Part shown: piece by piece, positions 1-13,180 of the stretch | Layout of the letters: each line of letters starts with the position of its first letter | Position numbering within the stretch: position 1 is the stretch's first letter | Assembly (NCBI RefSeq): GCF_030028105.1 | Contig: NC_092398.1 | Coordinates: 24,691,649-24,755,648, forward strand | Length of the DNA stretch: 64,000 nt | Direction: 5' to 3' | Source: Mobula birostris | Lineage: Eukaryota | Notes under the pieces: model-generated | Databases searched by the model: none | Told to the model about the DNA's origin: nothing | Seen by the model: only the letters and a program-made list of their open reading frames with translations | Position numbers and translations under genes: made by a program

Positions 1-699
1 GCTGTTGACTGTGAGCGATTGATTTAACTTGGCCATGATCCTATAACAGAGCAGGTTTCATCGGCCGTCTGGCATAATTCTCATGCCTCAAGGTCTTATG
101 AAGCTGGGATAGCGGATGGATCGGAGGTGGGCGACCTAGCTAGTGGTACTGTTCGCTGCTCCCCCTCGCGGGAAAAGCAGCGGGATTGAGTGGGGTTGTT
201 GCCTGAATTGTCCGGGCGAGGAAACAATCCGAATTGTGCGGACAGACACTGTCCGCCAGTGGTGGAGGGTGATCTCTAACGGCATGGATGCGATGCCGAA
301 CGAGTGGCAGTAGAGGATTTTCATATCGCACGACTCATGGTTGTTAGGCCTGAGCTGTACCCTAAACCTAGAGGACAAGGAGATCACCCTTAGTCTGGGG
401 TCTATCCTTTGACTTGTCTGGCACGGGTGACCCTAACGAGAGCCAAAGCATAAAGCTCAGACTCCAGCCGTCAAAGCTCGCTGAGCCATTGATGCAAGCA
501 AGCCCCCAAACCCAACACGGTCTTCTGGTGGTCCTCTTGGCCTGAGATGTGGTAAAGAGAAATGGCTCGGGGAGGGGGTAATGCCATATCCATTGGCTCA
601 GAGAATGTTAGAAGTCAGCTAAGGTATTGAAAGGCATGAGGGACGGCCCAGTGATGGGCACTGCAACAGCGACTCCCAAGATCACACACAGAGTGATGT

Positions 700-950
700 C
701 CGTTCTACATTCTCCCATCCCATACTCCCGGGGTCAGACACTGAACGAAGTGCCCTCCGAATCGTTCCATCACACATTCCCCCAGTCAGACACACAGTGC
801 AGCAACTTCCACACTGTCCCAGCACATACTCCCTGGGTCAGGCAGAGTGTGAAGTTCCCTCCACACCGTCCCATCGCACACTCCATTGGTCAGACACAAA
901 CTGAAGTTGCCTCTATGCCGTCTCATCACCAGCGTCAGACACAGTGAGTT
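700..950 (+). repeat. Degenerate minisatellite of about 50 bp (gggtcagacacagagtgaag...ccatcacacactcc)
   Basis: Four to five imperfect units containing GTCAGACAC. Inverted paralog at about 23860-24110; further units at about 42570-42650. Confidence 0.7.
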
Positions 951-1810
951 CCACTGAGGAAGAAGGCACTGATAGTCGCCATGTACTGGTTATGAAACTC
1001 TTGTTCACATACTGATTCGGATTTCTGCAGCATTCATGGACTCAGGGTCACAGACTAAATTTTTTGTCTGACTGTATTTACTGATATCTTATATGGACTT
1101 ACTAACCTATATATTGTTTTGCTATGTGTTGCTGTTGGTATTGTATTTTGTACCTTGGCCCCGGTGTAACGCTGTTCCGTTTGGCTATAGTCATGTATTC
1201 TTGATTAACAATTAAATTAAACTTGAAATGTGGATGCAAAAGCTCATGACTCGTAGTTAAACGTTGAGGAACGTAATTTCAAAGCACCGTCACCCTGGAG
1301 ACAACATCTCAGGGATTCTTCTCGTGGGCCCTCGGCCAAGCGATATTGGTGGGGATGGATATGGAGTTTTTTCAACAAGAGTGTCCTCTCCCTTTGCATC
1401 AGGGGGCGACAGCGGACACTATTGTACATTGCGGTCAGAACACAGAATGTTGAACAATGACACACGGGAACATGTCATACAGCACACCATTTCTGTGATA
1501 AACCAGAACCAAACTACATTGATCTATTTAAACTTGGTGCATATCCCTTCATTCCATTCCATTTTAAACACCATAGAACCATCATGCCTAGAAGCAGAAT
1601 GAGGTCATTCAGCCCATCGAGTATTCTCCACCAGTCTATCATGTCTGAATTATTACCCCGCTCAACAATATTCTCTTGTCTTCTATCCCTATCCTACGAC
1701 ATGTTTTCTTAATAGAGAGCTGAACAACCTCCTGGGAATCGGGGTGGAGATACATATCTATCAAAAGAGGTGGAAGACGCTCCTTTCCTCCGTTAGCCTG
1801 CAGGTCACCT

Positions 1811-2658
1811 TATCACGTGATCGGCAACAATGAATATATCGAGTCAGGATTTATCAACAAACAAGCATTTATTAAACCCTGATAGACAATGAACAAAACA
1901 AAACGAACGAAAACACGAACCGGAAGTAAACTGCTATGCGGCCGTTCATTAAACAACTTCTCAGTACTAACTCTTAAAGCGATAAATGTGAAACCAGTCC
2001 AAACACAGTTCCTCGAATGGTAAATTGTAAAGTCCAAGTAATTTATATAATCAATTAGGAGAGACTTTCATGAAGTAACGAATTCTTCGAAGACACGACG
2101 TCACTGCCACTCCCAGCCGGATCCAGCCTTGTCCACAGGATTTACGACGACGAAAATAAAACGGTTTTAAAGACACCGACCTTCCTCGTCCGTAGAATAG
2201 ATCCTGCACAGCCTTTTCTGCCACTTTTAGCAGAGACTATCTCATGCAAATCACTCTTTCTTGAACGAAATCAATAATGGTCGATCCTTTTTAAACCCGT
2301 CGAACGACTCCTTCAGGGTCCTGTCTTCACTCTCTAATGTTAGTAAAAAGATATATTAACAAATCTGGCAGCGATTGGTCAAACTGCCGGCCCAGACTTC
2401 TGTACCTTACTATAGAACATAAAACTCCGTTTAAAATCAAACCTGCATCATAACACAAATACGCAGCGGAACAGTGTATCTCATTGACGTTCTAAGTAGA
2501 AAACTAACTGCGTCACCAAGAGTCCTCCCTTTTACACCCGTGGTGAACATATCATCACGTGACCTCACATCGGCGGGAAAATTACATCAGGTGACCTCCA
2601 AAAGACCATTACATCATTCTCACAAGAAAGTTACAAGATCTCCATGAGGTATTGAACA
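1811..2658 (-). mobile_element. Solo LTR (Gypsy/ERV-like) with 4-bp TSD
   Basis: On the minus strand it begins TGTTCA and ends CACGTGATA (degenerate ...ACA). Flanked by ACCT/ACCC. The paralog near 23010 has the empty site caggtc-accc-ttagg. Homologous to 24308-25147. Confidence 0.8.
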
Positions 2659-2662
2659 ACCC

Positions 2663-2960
2663 TTAGGCACGGATAAAGCACCTGCTTCGATCTCCCGATC
2701 AGTGTCACATGAAGCCTTGAGAGCAGGTGTTATGTGTAGCGGGTGTATATCACAAATCCTGCTTATCAGGCCTATGACGCCAGGCAGACAATCTCTGAAG
2801 GACATTGATAATGGCTGGGCTAAACCATCTTGCATCTGGCAAGAAGAAGGCAATTGCAGACCACTTCTGCAGAAAACGTTTTACCATGAACAGTCATGGT
2901 CATGGAAAGACCATGATCGCCCATGTCATACTATAAGGCATGTAACGAATGAATGCACAA
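2663..2960 (+). mobile_element. RTE-tail short retroposon (paralog about 22730-23040, minus)
   Basis: Contains gaaggcaattgcagaccacttctg, similar to the GGCAATGGCAAACCAC motif of RTE/BovB-type 3' ends. The same tail motif occurs in the SINE at 13181-13444. Confidence 0.5.
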
Positions 2961-3197
2961 CCTCCACTTCAAAACCACCCAATGACTTGTCATCTGGACC
3001 GGTCCGCAGCAATGAAAGCCACCGCGTTTCCATTCTCTGGATACACACCTCTTATACTCTGCTACTGACTTTCCCAGGATAGGCAGAGGATTCTGGCTGT
3101 ACAGGGGTAAGATGGACCCTTTGCTGAATGATATTGGTCCATAGTATGACAAAGATGGGGAACCTCAGACTCAACATATTCCTGCGTCTCCTAATTA

Positions 3198-3652
3198 TAT
3201 TCACTAGCCACTTTATTGGGTAATTCCTGCAACTAACAAAGTGATCACTGCGTGTATTATCTGTTCATAGTCTTCTTCTGCAGTGGCTCATCTAATTCGA
3301 GGTTCGAGATTCTCCTCTGCACACCACTGTTGTAACACATGGTTATTTCAGTTACTGTCGCTTTCATGTTAGCTTGAAACAGTCTGCCCATTCTCATCTG
3401 ACCTGTCTCATTAACAAGGCGTTTTCGCCCAAAGAACTGCTGCTCACTGGACGTTTTTGTTTCTCGAACCATTCTGTGTAAACTCTGGAGACTGCTGTGC
3501 GTGAAACTCCCAGATTATCAGCAGTCTCTGAGATACTCAAACCACTCCGTGTGACACCAGCAATCATTCCCCGGTCAAAGTAACTTAGATCTCATTTCTT
3601 CCCCCGTTCTCATCTTTGTTCTCTGAAAGTGCTAAAGTTGCCACTGAGTGTA
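3198..3652 (-). mobile_element. Tc1/mariner deletion derivative with N-terminal HTH remnant (paralog 22020-22470)
   Basis: TIR-like ends (ccactttattgggta ... ccactgagtg-TA). The paralog translates DLSDFDRGMIDGVRRGGLSISETVDHLGISRAAVSRVY, typical of a Tc1 transposase N-terminus. Confidence 0.8.
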
Positions 3653-3656
3653 TGTA

Positions 3657-4745
3657 GGGCCTCTGGTCCTATATTCCTCCTTAGAACACCTGGAGAATAA
3701 AGACGCATACGTAAGGCTCCTTTTCATTGACTACAGCTCTGCCTTTAATACCATCATTGCAAATAAACGGATTCCAAAGCTCCGGAACCTGGGCATTAGC
3801 CATGAATGTGTAGCCAAGTTTCCATCGAACTCAATATATAAGTTTGCTGATGACACAACAATTGTAGGTCGTATCTCGGGTAATGGTGAGTATGGGTACA
3901 GAGAGGAACTTAAGAACCTGGTGGCATGGTGCGAAGACAATAACCTATCCCTCAACGTCAGCAAGACGAAGGAATTGGTTGTTGATTTCAGAAGGAGTAG
4001 CGGACCGCACGACCCTAGTTACACCGGTGGTGCGCAAGTGGAACAGGTCAAAAGCTTTAAGTTCCTCGGGTCAATATCACAAGTGACCTGACTTGGTCCA
4101 GCGAAGCAGAGTCCACTGCCAAGAAGGCCCATCAGCGCCTTTGCTTCCTGAGAAAACTAAAGAAATTTGGCCTGTCCCCTAAAACCCTCACTAATTTTTA
4201 TAGATGCACCGTAGAAAGAATTCTTCTAGGGTGCATCACAACCTGGCACGGAAGTTGCCCTGTCCAAGTCCGGAAGAAGCTGCAGAAAATCGTGAACACG
4301 GCGCAGTACATCACACAAACTAATCTTCCGTCCTTGGAATTACTTTACACCGCATGCTGTCGGATCGGTGCAGCCAGGATAATCAAGGACACGGTGCCCC
4401 TGGCCAACACACTTTTCGTCCCTCTTCTCTCCGGGAAAAGGCTCAGGCACTTGAAGACTCGTACAGGCAGATTTGGGAACGGCTTCTTTCGAACTGTGAT
4501 AAGACTGCTGAACAGATTCTGACCCGGATCTGGGCTGTACCCTCTAAATATCCGGACCTGCATCACGGATTTTTTTTTCACTGCCTTACTTTCCATTTTT
4601 CTATTTTCTATTTATGATTTATAATTTAAATTTTTAACATTTACTATCGGTTGGTAATCCAGGGAGTGGGAAGCGCAGAATCAAATATCGTATCGAATGA
4701 TTGTACATTCTAGTATCAATTGTTTGGCGATAATAAAGTATAAAG
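3657..4745 (+). mobile_element. 5'-truncated Rex1/Babar-type LINE (RT remnant)
   Basis: ORF 3648-4091 has [18 protein letters not shown] and [17 protein letters not shown]. 3' tail aataaagtataaagta; TSD TATGTA; empty site in the paralog near 22020. An internal deletion removes the PQG motif. Confidence 0.85.
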
Positions 4746-5050
4746 TATGTATTCCAAACCCAAGCGAACCAATATTATATACTGTTGCTTGATGGAATTT
4801 GGCCTCCCCTCTTTTATACACAACAAAGATCTTCTCCAATTGTGCTGCCACTTTCTGGTCGATATGGACATAAACACCCGAGATCCTTCCACATAACATT
4901 GCTCCTCTGGTCCACCCTTTCATTGCAAATGTACGTCCGACATTTGACCTCTCAAAGTGGAACAGCACATACTCGGCTGCCTGAACCCGATATGTCATTT
5001 CTCTGCACACATTTGCAATTAACCTACATTCCCGACGAATCCTCTGACAG

Positions 5051-6860
5051 TATACTGAGTAGTCACTTAATTCGGTTCACCAGTACACCATTCCCTTAAT
5101 AGAAATATCCAATCACCCAATCATGTTGCAGCCAGTCAATGCATAAAAGCATACTGAATGTGAGAATGTGATTTTTTAAATGCTATGAATTTAGAACATG
5201 TGACATTAAATGTACAATTTAAAATATCAGACAGTAAATGTACCTTTGAAACCTTTGATCAACATCAAAAGATTTGAAACTGTACAACATCAAAAGGTAA
5301 TTTAAGTTACTTTGACCGTGGAATGCATATTGGTGGTTTGTTTATCTCAGAAATTGCTGATCTTCTGGGATTTTCACCCAAAACAGACTTTAGACTTTCC
5401 GTGGAATTTTAAGGGGTTTGACAAGGTCCCGCATGGAAGGTTAGTTAGGAAAATTCAGTCGCTAGGTATACATGGAGAGGTGGTAAATTGGATTAGACAT
5501 TAGTTCAACGGAAGAAGCCAAAGAGTGGTAGTAGAGAATTGCTTCTCAGAGTAGAGGCCTGTGTCTAGTCGTGTGCCACAGGGATCAGTGCTGGATCCAT
5601 TGTTACTTGTCATCTATATCTATGATCTGGATGATAATGTGGTAAATTGGATCAGAAAATTTGCTGATGATGCAAGGATTGGAGGTGTACTGGACAGTGA
5701 GGAAGGTTTTCAAAGCTTGCAGAGAGACTTGGACCAGCTGGAAAAATGGACTGAAAAATGGCAGATGGAGTTTAATACAGACAAGTGTGAGGTATTGCAC
5801 TTTTGAAGGACAAACCAAGGTAGGACATACAGGGTAAATGGTAAGGCACTGAGGAGTGCAGTAGAACAGAGGGATCTGGGAATACGGATACAAAATTCCC
5901 TAAAAGTGTCGTCACAGGTAGATAGGGTCGTAAAGAGAGCTTTTGGTACTTTGGCCTTTATTAATCAAAGTATTGAGTATAAGAGCTGGAATGTTATGAT
6001 GAGGTTGTATAAGGCATTAGTGAGGCCGAATCTTGAGTATTGTGTTCAGTTTTGGTCACCAAATTACAAGAAGGATATTAATAAGATTGAAAGAGTGCAG
6101 ACAAGGATGTTGCCGGGACTTGAGAAACTCAGTTACAGTGAAAGGTTGAATAGGTTAGGACTTTATTCCCTGGAGCATTCAAGAATGAGGGGAGATTTGA
6201 TAGAGGTATATAAAATTATGATGGGTATAGACAGAGTGAATGCAAGCAGGCTTTTTCCACTGAGGCAAGGGGAGAAAAAAACAGAGGAAATGGGTTAAAG
6301 GTGAGGGAGGAAATGTTTAAAGGGAACATTAGAGGGACTTCTTCACACAGAGAGTGGTGGGAGTGTGGAATGAGATGCCAGACGAGGTGGCAAATGCGGG
6401 TTCTTTTTTAACATATAACAATAAATTGGACAGATACGTGGATGGGAGGTGTATGGAGGGATATGGTCCGTGTGCAAGTCAGTGGAACTAGGCAGAAAAT
6501 AGATCGGCACAACCAAGAGGGGCCAAAAGTTCTGTTTCTGTGCTGTAGTTTTTCTATGGTTTCAATGGAATACTGTGAAGGACAAAAACAAAAATCAGTG
6601 AGCGGCAGTTCTGCAGGCAAGAACGCCTTGTTGATGTGAGACGGCAGAGGAGAATAGCTAATCTCGTTCAAGCTGTCAGGAAGGAGACAGTACTCAAATT
6701 AAAAACTGTTACATAGTAGTGTGTAGAAAAGCATCTCTTAACAGAAGCACGTCGAACCTTGTCGTGAATGGGTTGCAGCAACAAAAGACGACATACGTAC
6801 ACTAAGTAGCAACTTTATTAGATACAGCATATACATAATAAAATACCCGCTGAGTGTATG
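5051..6860 (+). mobile_element. Tc1 derivative interrupted by a CR1 fragment (uninterrupted paralog about 21040-21716, minus)
   Basis: TIR-like tatactgagtagtcactt at 5051 and ccgctgagtgta at about 6855. The two halves (5051-5405, 6560-6860) are contiguous in the paralog. Confidence 0.75.
5407..6555 (+). mobile_element. CR1 LINE 3' fragment (RT domain to 3' UTR)
   Basis: Translations FDKVPHGRL, VPQGSVLDPLL, KFADD, WQMEFNTDKCEVLHF, YKALVRPNLEYCVQFWSP. The 3' tail ends ...ctgtgctgtagttttctatggttt. Confidence 0.9.
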
Positions 6861-7449
6861 TCAATAATCCTAATGGTCCACTCGTTTACTTTGTGCATCT
6901 CTTTGATATTTGACTGACTCCCACACCCTCACCACCACCACCACGCCCCTCACCGCCCGCCAAATACACACGGTGAACTGAATGACCTCATTTCGCATTT
7001 CTCCTGCCCATATTTTCAATTCAAAAACATCTCGGTGATTCCTGTGACAATATTGCCAACAATCCAGCGTTATCGAGTACTTTTTATTTCGTAAATGTCA
7101 CCTCAAATTTACTCATGAACCCAACTCAATTTTAGTCCGAATCAGTTTAAGATGTCACAATCAACAGAACTCTGAACACCAGTGTTTGCGCAACTTCCGC
7201 CAGAAGGACACCCCTACACACGGACAGTCCGTCCTCTGTGGGGAAGTCAGTTCTGAGTCCAAGCAGCCAAGATCAAAGTTCAAAGTTCATTTATTTGCAA
7301 AATGTATGTCACCATCTACAACCCTAACATTCCTTTTTTTTTTTCAGATCATTCACAGTAAATACAAAGAAACAATATACAATCAATGGAAAACTGCATA
7401 CCAACGAAGACAGACAAACAACCAACTTGAAAAAGACAACATGTAAAAG

Positions 7450-7586
7450 TCCTGACGAAGGGTCTCCGCCTGAAACGCCGACTGTACCTCTTCCTAGAGA
7501 TGCTGCCTCACCTGCTGCGTTCACCAGTAACTTTGATGTGTGTTGCTTGAATTTCCAGCATCTGCAGAATTCCTCGTGTTTGCGTT
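7450..7586 (+). mobile_element. Penelope-related short element starting with a minimal hammerhead ribozyme motif (U16.1 mutated to C)
   Basis: AGTC-CTGACGA-AGG-GTCTCCG-CCT-GAAAC-GCC-GACT at 7448-7483. TSD TGTAAAAG (7442-7449, 7587-7594). Absent from the paralogous units. Confidence 0.75.
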
Positions 7587-8557
7587 TGTAAAAGACAACA
7601 AATTGTGCAGATACAAAAAAAGGAAAACAAAATAACAATCATGTAATAAAAAAAATATTGACAGCTTGAGTGTAAAGTTGTTGAAAGTGGGTCTGTAGGT
7701 TGACAGATTTGTAAAGTGTTGCGGTGAGAGAAGTTACCTGCTCTGGTTCAGGAGCCGGGGATGGTCGACGTGTGATAACTGTTCCTGATCCTGCTCTTGA
7801 ACCTCCTGCATAATAGCATCATAGAGAAGAGAGCATGACTTTTGAATAACCAGGATCCTTGATGATGGATGCTGCTGTCCTGTGTCGCGCTCCCGTTTCA
7901 GATGTGCTCGGATGGTGGTGAGGTGTTTACCTCTGATGGACTGCTCAAGCCTTACCATGTCGTCGTGAAGCCCATACATATTGCACAGTGAATTCGATAC
8001 AGCAGAAATTACTGCAGTGTAATATTATGCAAATTGACTCTGTAATGAATCTTCTTTTGTAACTGAAAACAAATGAATTACACCGGGTAGACGCAGAGTG
8101 ACACTCACCCTGGAAATGTGATCACTCCAGTTGAGGTGGAAGTTCTCTCAAGGGATTATTCCCTCAATGGGGAATTAATTTGCGTAACTTTATTTACCGC
8201 AGGGAGGCTGATGCACAGGCAGATCCTTGACAGATCAGGGTCAGGGTCCAGTGGCATGGATTGTATAACGAGAGGAGAACCCTCATTGCTGCAGCCTTCC
8301 TCTGCATTCACTGCCTTTGTAGTGTGTAATCATCTTCCCCCAGCTACATAGTTGAGGATTGTTTGTCTGGAACCACCTCTGCCCTTGATCTGACTGCAAT
8401 TGGAAACCCGAGCCGGAGTTATTCCAGACGGTAACGCTCACGGGACCACAGCAACTATGGAACTCTCACCATGACAAGTTAACGATCCTGAGAGAAGAGT
8501 CTCATTCTACACCGAGGGTTCCCAAAGCTTTTGGGCAGTCAACGTTGCAAGATACAA

Positions 8558-8756
8558 NNNNNNNNNNNNNNNNNNNNNNNNNNNNNNNNNNNNNNNNNNN
8601 NNNNNNNNNNNNNNNNNNNNNNNNNNNNNNNNNNNNNNNNNNNNNNNNNNNNNNNNNNNNNNNNNNNNNNNNNNNNNNNNNNNNNNNNNNNNNNNNNNNN
8701 NNNNNNNNNNNNNNNNNNNNNNNNNNNNNNNNNNNNNNNNNNNNNNNNNNNNNNNN
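8558..8756. other. Assembly gap (about 200 N)
   Basis: Run of N. Both flanks are colinear with the inverted paralog around the (GA)n tract at 20040-20078. Confidence 0.97.
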
Positions 8757-8789
8757 TCCCCCCTCTCTCACTCACTCACTCTCTCTGCT

Positions 8790-10050
8790 CTGATTTGTTC
8801 ATTCTTAATAATTTACTGAGAATGGCCCAGTTGCAGAGTTTTGTACTCTGTGTGGGATGTGGGAAATCTGGGAGACCTCGAGAGTCCCAGGTAAACACAT
8901 CCGAACCGGGTAAACCCAGTTGCCGTTCCAGAGAGAACATATTAAGGAACTGGAGCTGCTGCTCCATGAACGATAGGATGAGTCGCAAAGTTAAAGACGG
9001 ATAAAATTGAAAAGAGTGAATAGGGGACTAAAGGTATTATACTTGAATTTGCACAGTATTTGGAATACGATTGATGAACGTGTAGCACAGTTACAGATTG
9101 GCATGTATGGTGGCGTAGGAATCACTGAATCGTGGCCGAGTGAAGATTGTAGCTGGGAGCTTAATGTTAAGGGTACAAAATGCATCGAAAGGGCTAGTAG
9201 GAAGGTTGAGGGGGTGGAGTTGCTCTGTTGGTAAAAAATAAAACAAATGAAATGAAATCATCAGAAAGAGGTGACATGGGGTCAGAAGGTGTTGAATCGT
9301 TATGGAGAGAGCTAAGGAACTGCAAGTGCAAGAAGACTCCATTTGAAGTTACTGAGGCATTGAGTAGAAAGCTTAAGGTAACAGAATCCACGGGAGAAAG
9401 TGATCATAATATGAAGGAATTTACCCTACGAAGGAGAAGATTAACACAGATATATTAATATTAACGCAGAGTAAAAGGAATTAGAGTCATGTGAGAGGAG
9501 TTGGCCAGACTGATTGGAAAAGAACACTGGAAGCGAATATGGCAGAGTAACAATAGTTGGAATTTCTGGAAGCAATTCGTAAGGCACAGCATATATACAT
9601 CGCAAACAGTAATAAGTATTCCAAAGGTAGAATGACGCAATCATAGCCAAGAACAGAAGTCAAAGCTGACATAAAGTTATACTAAATCGCAAGAATGCCT
9701 AGGAATTTAGTGGATTGGGAAGCTTTTAAAACCAAAAGAAAACACTAAAAAGTTATTGCAAAAGTCAAAATGGAATAAGAAGATAGGCTAGCCAACAATA
9801 TTAAAGGTGATACAAATGTTTCTTCAGATACGTAAAGTGTAAAAGAGAGCCGACAGATATAATATTGCGCCACTGTAAAAACGTGCTGGAGAGGTACTAA
9901 TGTGGGACACGGAAACGGTGGACCGCTGAATAAGTATTTCACATCAGTGATCACTATGGATGACATTATCATGAAGTGTGTGAATTCATTATTCCAAGAG
10001 AGCAAGTTCTGGGCAACCTCAAAGCTCTGAATGTAGATAGGTCACCTGCA
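8790..10050 (+). mobile_element. Degenerate CR1 LINE (ORF1 zinc-finger start, APE endonuclease and RT pieces)
   Basis: Translations LCVGCGKSGR and GLKVLYLNLHSIWNTIDERVAQLQIGMYGGVGITESW, with many stops and frameshifts. Confidence 0.75.
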
Positions 10051-11106
10051 CCAGATGGGGTTAATTTCAGAAGGAAACTCCACTGTCCCATGCACAAAGT
10101 CAGGCAGAAATTAACCACGTGGCATCTTTATCTATTTTACTTCTCAAAAATGAAAAGAAATGTTTTTTTCTTCACTGCACTCTGAGTAAAGCATTATCTC
10201 CTGATGTCAACACCTCAAATACTTCATATCGAGTTTCTTGGAACTTCAAACCCAGAGAGTTTCAATCAAAGTGGACCAACTCATCTCTTCGGCTCATTCT
10301 GAACCAGGACCCTAACTTTGCTCAGTCAGCATCCAATTTGCGCACAAGACACAACTCCTCGAAGTAAGTCGAGCACCCGAGTAATCCACCGTCCGTCGCT
10401 GTGCGCATCCTGTTCAAGATTAGTTCCGTGCGTTCAAGAGAATTTAACATCTGAGTGCAAGTATCCAAAACTGCTGAGGACCGGGGACGGAGCCGGAGAT
10501 TCCAGGGAAAGGTAAGATGCATTTACACGGGATTTATGTTAATTTTGAAATGTGGCGTCTGATCAGGGATCATCAGCGTGGCTGTGTTGCGGAAGAAACC
10601 CTGCCTTACTAGTTTCGGGAGGTTTCTCGGGAGATAATTCAGTTAGCCAATGAAGGCAGGGCCGTCGGATTGTCAACATGCAGTTTATTGAGAAGAACTT
10701 CAGAGATTACAGAGGATGGGCTTATTTTCTATGCGGTCGAAAGACGCTAATGGATGATCTTACAGGTGAAAATCAGATACCAGATATAGAGATGGTGCAG
10801 ACAGTCAGAATCGCTTTCCCGGTAGGAGCAACATTGCAGGTAAGGGTTATATTTATCTTGAGGGAAGGAGATTAAATCGAGTATAATGGATAGGATTTTT
10901 AAAGTTTATTTTAACTTCGAATTCGATTTACAGATACAGTACGGTAACCACCCCTTCCGGCCTTACGAGACCACGTCGCCCAATTACCTTCATGTGAACA
11001 ATTAACCTATTGGCGTCTCAAGCTTTCTGGGCTTGAAAAGCTTGTCATACGAGGAACGTTTCATGGTCCTACTCTTCTCTTCACTGGAATTCAGAAAAAT
11101 GAGGGG

Positions 11107-11900
11107 TGTTACATGTCAACTTTGCTGGAATTTACCGTAAGCGTCATTTATGTGTGCCTGGACGGAGCGTGGGATGGTGCCATTGAGGTGTGCCTAGACG
11201 AGGTGTGGGGATGGCGTCATATACAAAACGAGTGTAGGCTTTTTCTATTGAATTCGGGAAGTTTCTGAAAATTTCTGCAGCTATATGATGCAACGGACTG
11301 TGAGTTACCCGCGAGAGAGTGAGTTGAGTTGAGCTAGTTGAAGAGTTCACTACAGCAGTGAGCGTTCCCAGTAATTATCCGTGTCCAGAAGATTGTGATA
11401 ATTTGCGGCACGGTGCGTATTGGATACGTGACTGTCACTTTGTATTATCCATACTCGGAATTCTGGAGTATTCTGTGGCGACCACTTGTTGTTAATTCAT
11501 TCATGGATTCGGGTGTGTTACGTGGCGATCACTTATGTTAAGGAATATTCCCTGACCGTCACCTTGTGACACCCCTGTGTGGATTTTGGAACTTCGGGGT
11601 TATGTTGATATCCCCACGTAGACTCTAGTATTTAAGTGACGACCACTGGACTTCTGGAATCTTCTGTGACTGTCACCTCGTTATCCCTGCGTGGATCCAG
11701 TGTGTTACGTAACTATCCCATGTCCTCTGGAATTTTCCGTGATCGTCACCTTGTGTCATCTTAATATGGATTTATGAACCCTTTCTCACAGACATCAGTA
11801 CCTGTTCCCGTGTATTCCGGAACCTTCTGGATTGCGCTCCTAAGACTCTGTTTGAGTAAGACTTGGGAGGAGCTGCCCATATTTGCAATAGATCTCCAAC
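11107..11900 (+). mobile_element. Probable truncated LTR with internal imperfect repeats
   Basis: Starts TGTTACATG inside a CR1 fragment and contains recurring gtcaccttgtg / gtggatt motifs. I found no 3' CA end or TSD. Confidence 0.4.
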
Positions 11901-11917
11901 TGGACGATCCCTAAGAC

Positions 11918-12466
11918 AATACAATCAGTGGCCACTCTATTAGGTAAACCCGTACAGCAGTCAGTTAATACAAATATCTAATCACCGAATCATGTGGCAG
12001 CAATTCAATGCAGAAAAGCATGACGACAGCGTCAATGAGTTCAGTTCTTGTTCAGACCAAACATCGCATTAGGGTTTAAGTTACTTTGACCGTGGATTGA
12101 TTGATGGTACCAATCTGGGTGGTATGTGCATCTTCGGAACTGATGCTTTCATGGAATCTTCACGCACAACAGACTGTTGACCTTCCAGAGAATTGTGCCA
12201 AAAATACAAAGAGCTGAAGTTCTGAGGACAATAGGGCCTTGTTGATCTGAGATATCAGAGGAAAATAGCCAATCTCCTTCAAGCCGGCACGAGGGTGCTA
12301 GTAACTCAAAAAAAAAACGCACATCACAATGCGTCACAATCTCCGAACACAAAGCACGTCAAACCTTGAAGAGGATGGGTTGCAGCAACAAAGGACCACC
12401 AACATAGACTGAGTGGGAACTTTATTAGATGAAGGAGGCACCACATAATATAGCCGCTGAGTGTAT
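11918..12466 (+). mobile_element. Tc1 deletion derivative
   Basis: Begins tacaatcagtggccactctattagg and ends gccgctgagtgtata. Same family as 5051-6860. Confidence 0.75.
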
Positions 12467-12494
12467 ATCAATAATCATAATGCTCCACTCGGTT

Positions 12495-13020
12495 ACTTTA
12501 GTCATGGTCATAGTCATAGTCATACTTTATTAACCCCGGGGGAAATTGGTTTTCGTTACAGTTACACCATAAAAAATAAATAGCAATAAAACCATAAATA
12601 GTTAAATAGTAATATGTAAATTATGCCAGTAAATTATGAAATAAGTCCAGGACCAGCCTATTGGTTCAGGGTGTCTGACCGACCAAGGGAGGAGTTTTAA
12701 AGTTTGATGGCCACAGGCAGGAATGACTTCCTATGACGCTCTGTGTTGCATCTGGGTGGAATGAGTCTCTAGCTGAATGTAATCCTGTGCCCACCTAGTA
12801 CATTATGTAGTGGATGGGAGGCATTGTCCAAGATGGCATGCAACTTAGACAGCATCCTCTTTTCAGACACCGCCGTGAGAGAGTCCAGATCCATCCCCAC
12901 AGCATCACTGGCCTTACGAATAAGTTTGTTGATTCTGTTGCTGTCTGCTGCCCTCAGCCTGCTGCCCCAGCACACAACAGCAAACATGATAGCACTGGCC
13001 ACCAAAGACTCATAGAACAG
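12495..13020 (-). mobile_element. Rex/Babar-type LINE 3' fragment
   Basis: ORF 12769-13005 (AVVCWGSRLRAADSNRINKLIRKAS...HPLH), a (GACTAT)n-like tail, and an empty site in unit A near 6885. Confidence 0.75.
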
Positions 13021-13180
13021 AGTACTTTGTAAATATCTCTGATATTTGACCCCAACCCCGCCCGCTCAGTGGAAAATCACAGACTCTACTAGATGAACAC
13101 TAATTACCATCTTTCCTGCCCATATTTGCAATTAATGTACATCCCGATGAATCTTGCGACAAGATTCCCGAATATCCAGC

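Larger units (their letters stand above)
1..9350 (+). repeat. Left arm of an inverted segmental duplication (partner about 19400-25640, opposite strand)
   Basis: Colinear reverse-complement matches along the arm: 136-387 vs 25276-25548 (near-identical ORF translations), 3121-3290 vs 22380-22550, 4750-5100 vs 21690-22020, 6570-7300 vs 20640-21360, 8500-9350 vs 19450-20150. Confidence 0.9.

Noticed and set aside
136-387. DIRS tyrosine-recombinase HSF motif
   Set aside because: HSFGIAS lacks the catalytic Arg and the downstream GRW; no RT/RNase H nearby.
10119-10367. Ig V-like motif (LHCTLS...YRVSWNFKP)
   Set aside because: Not conserved in frame in the paralogous unit at 14905-15130; no second Cys or splice sites.
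10322-10522. Cadherin-like TDGG motif (also near 15110)
   Set aside because: Only four residues match, the surrounding cadherin motifs are absent, and the frames break between paralogs.
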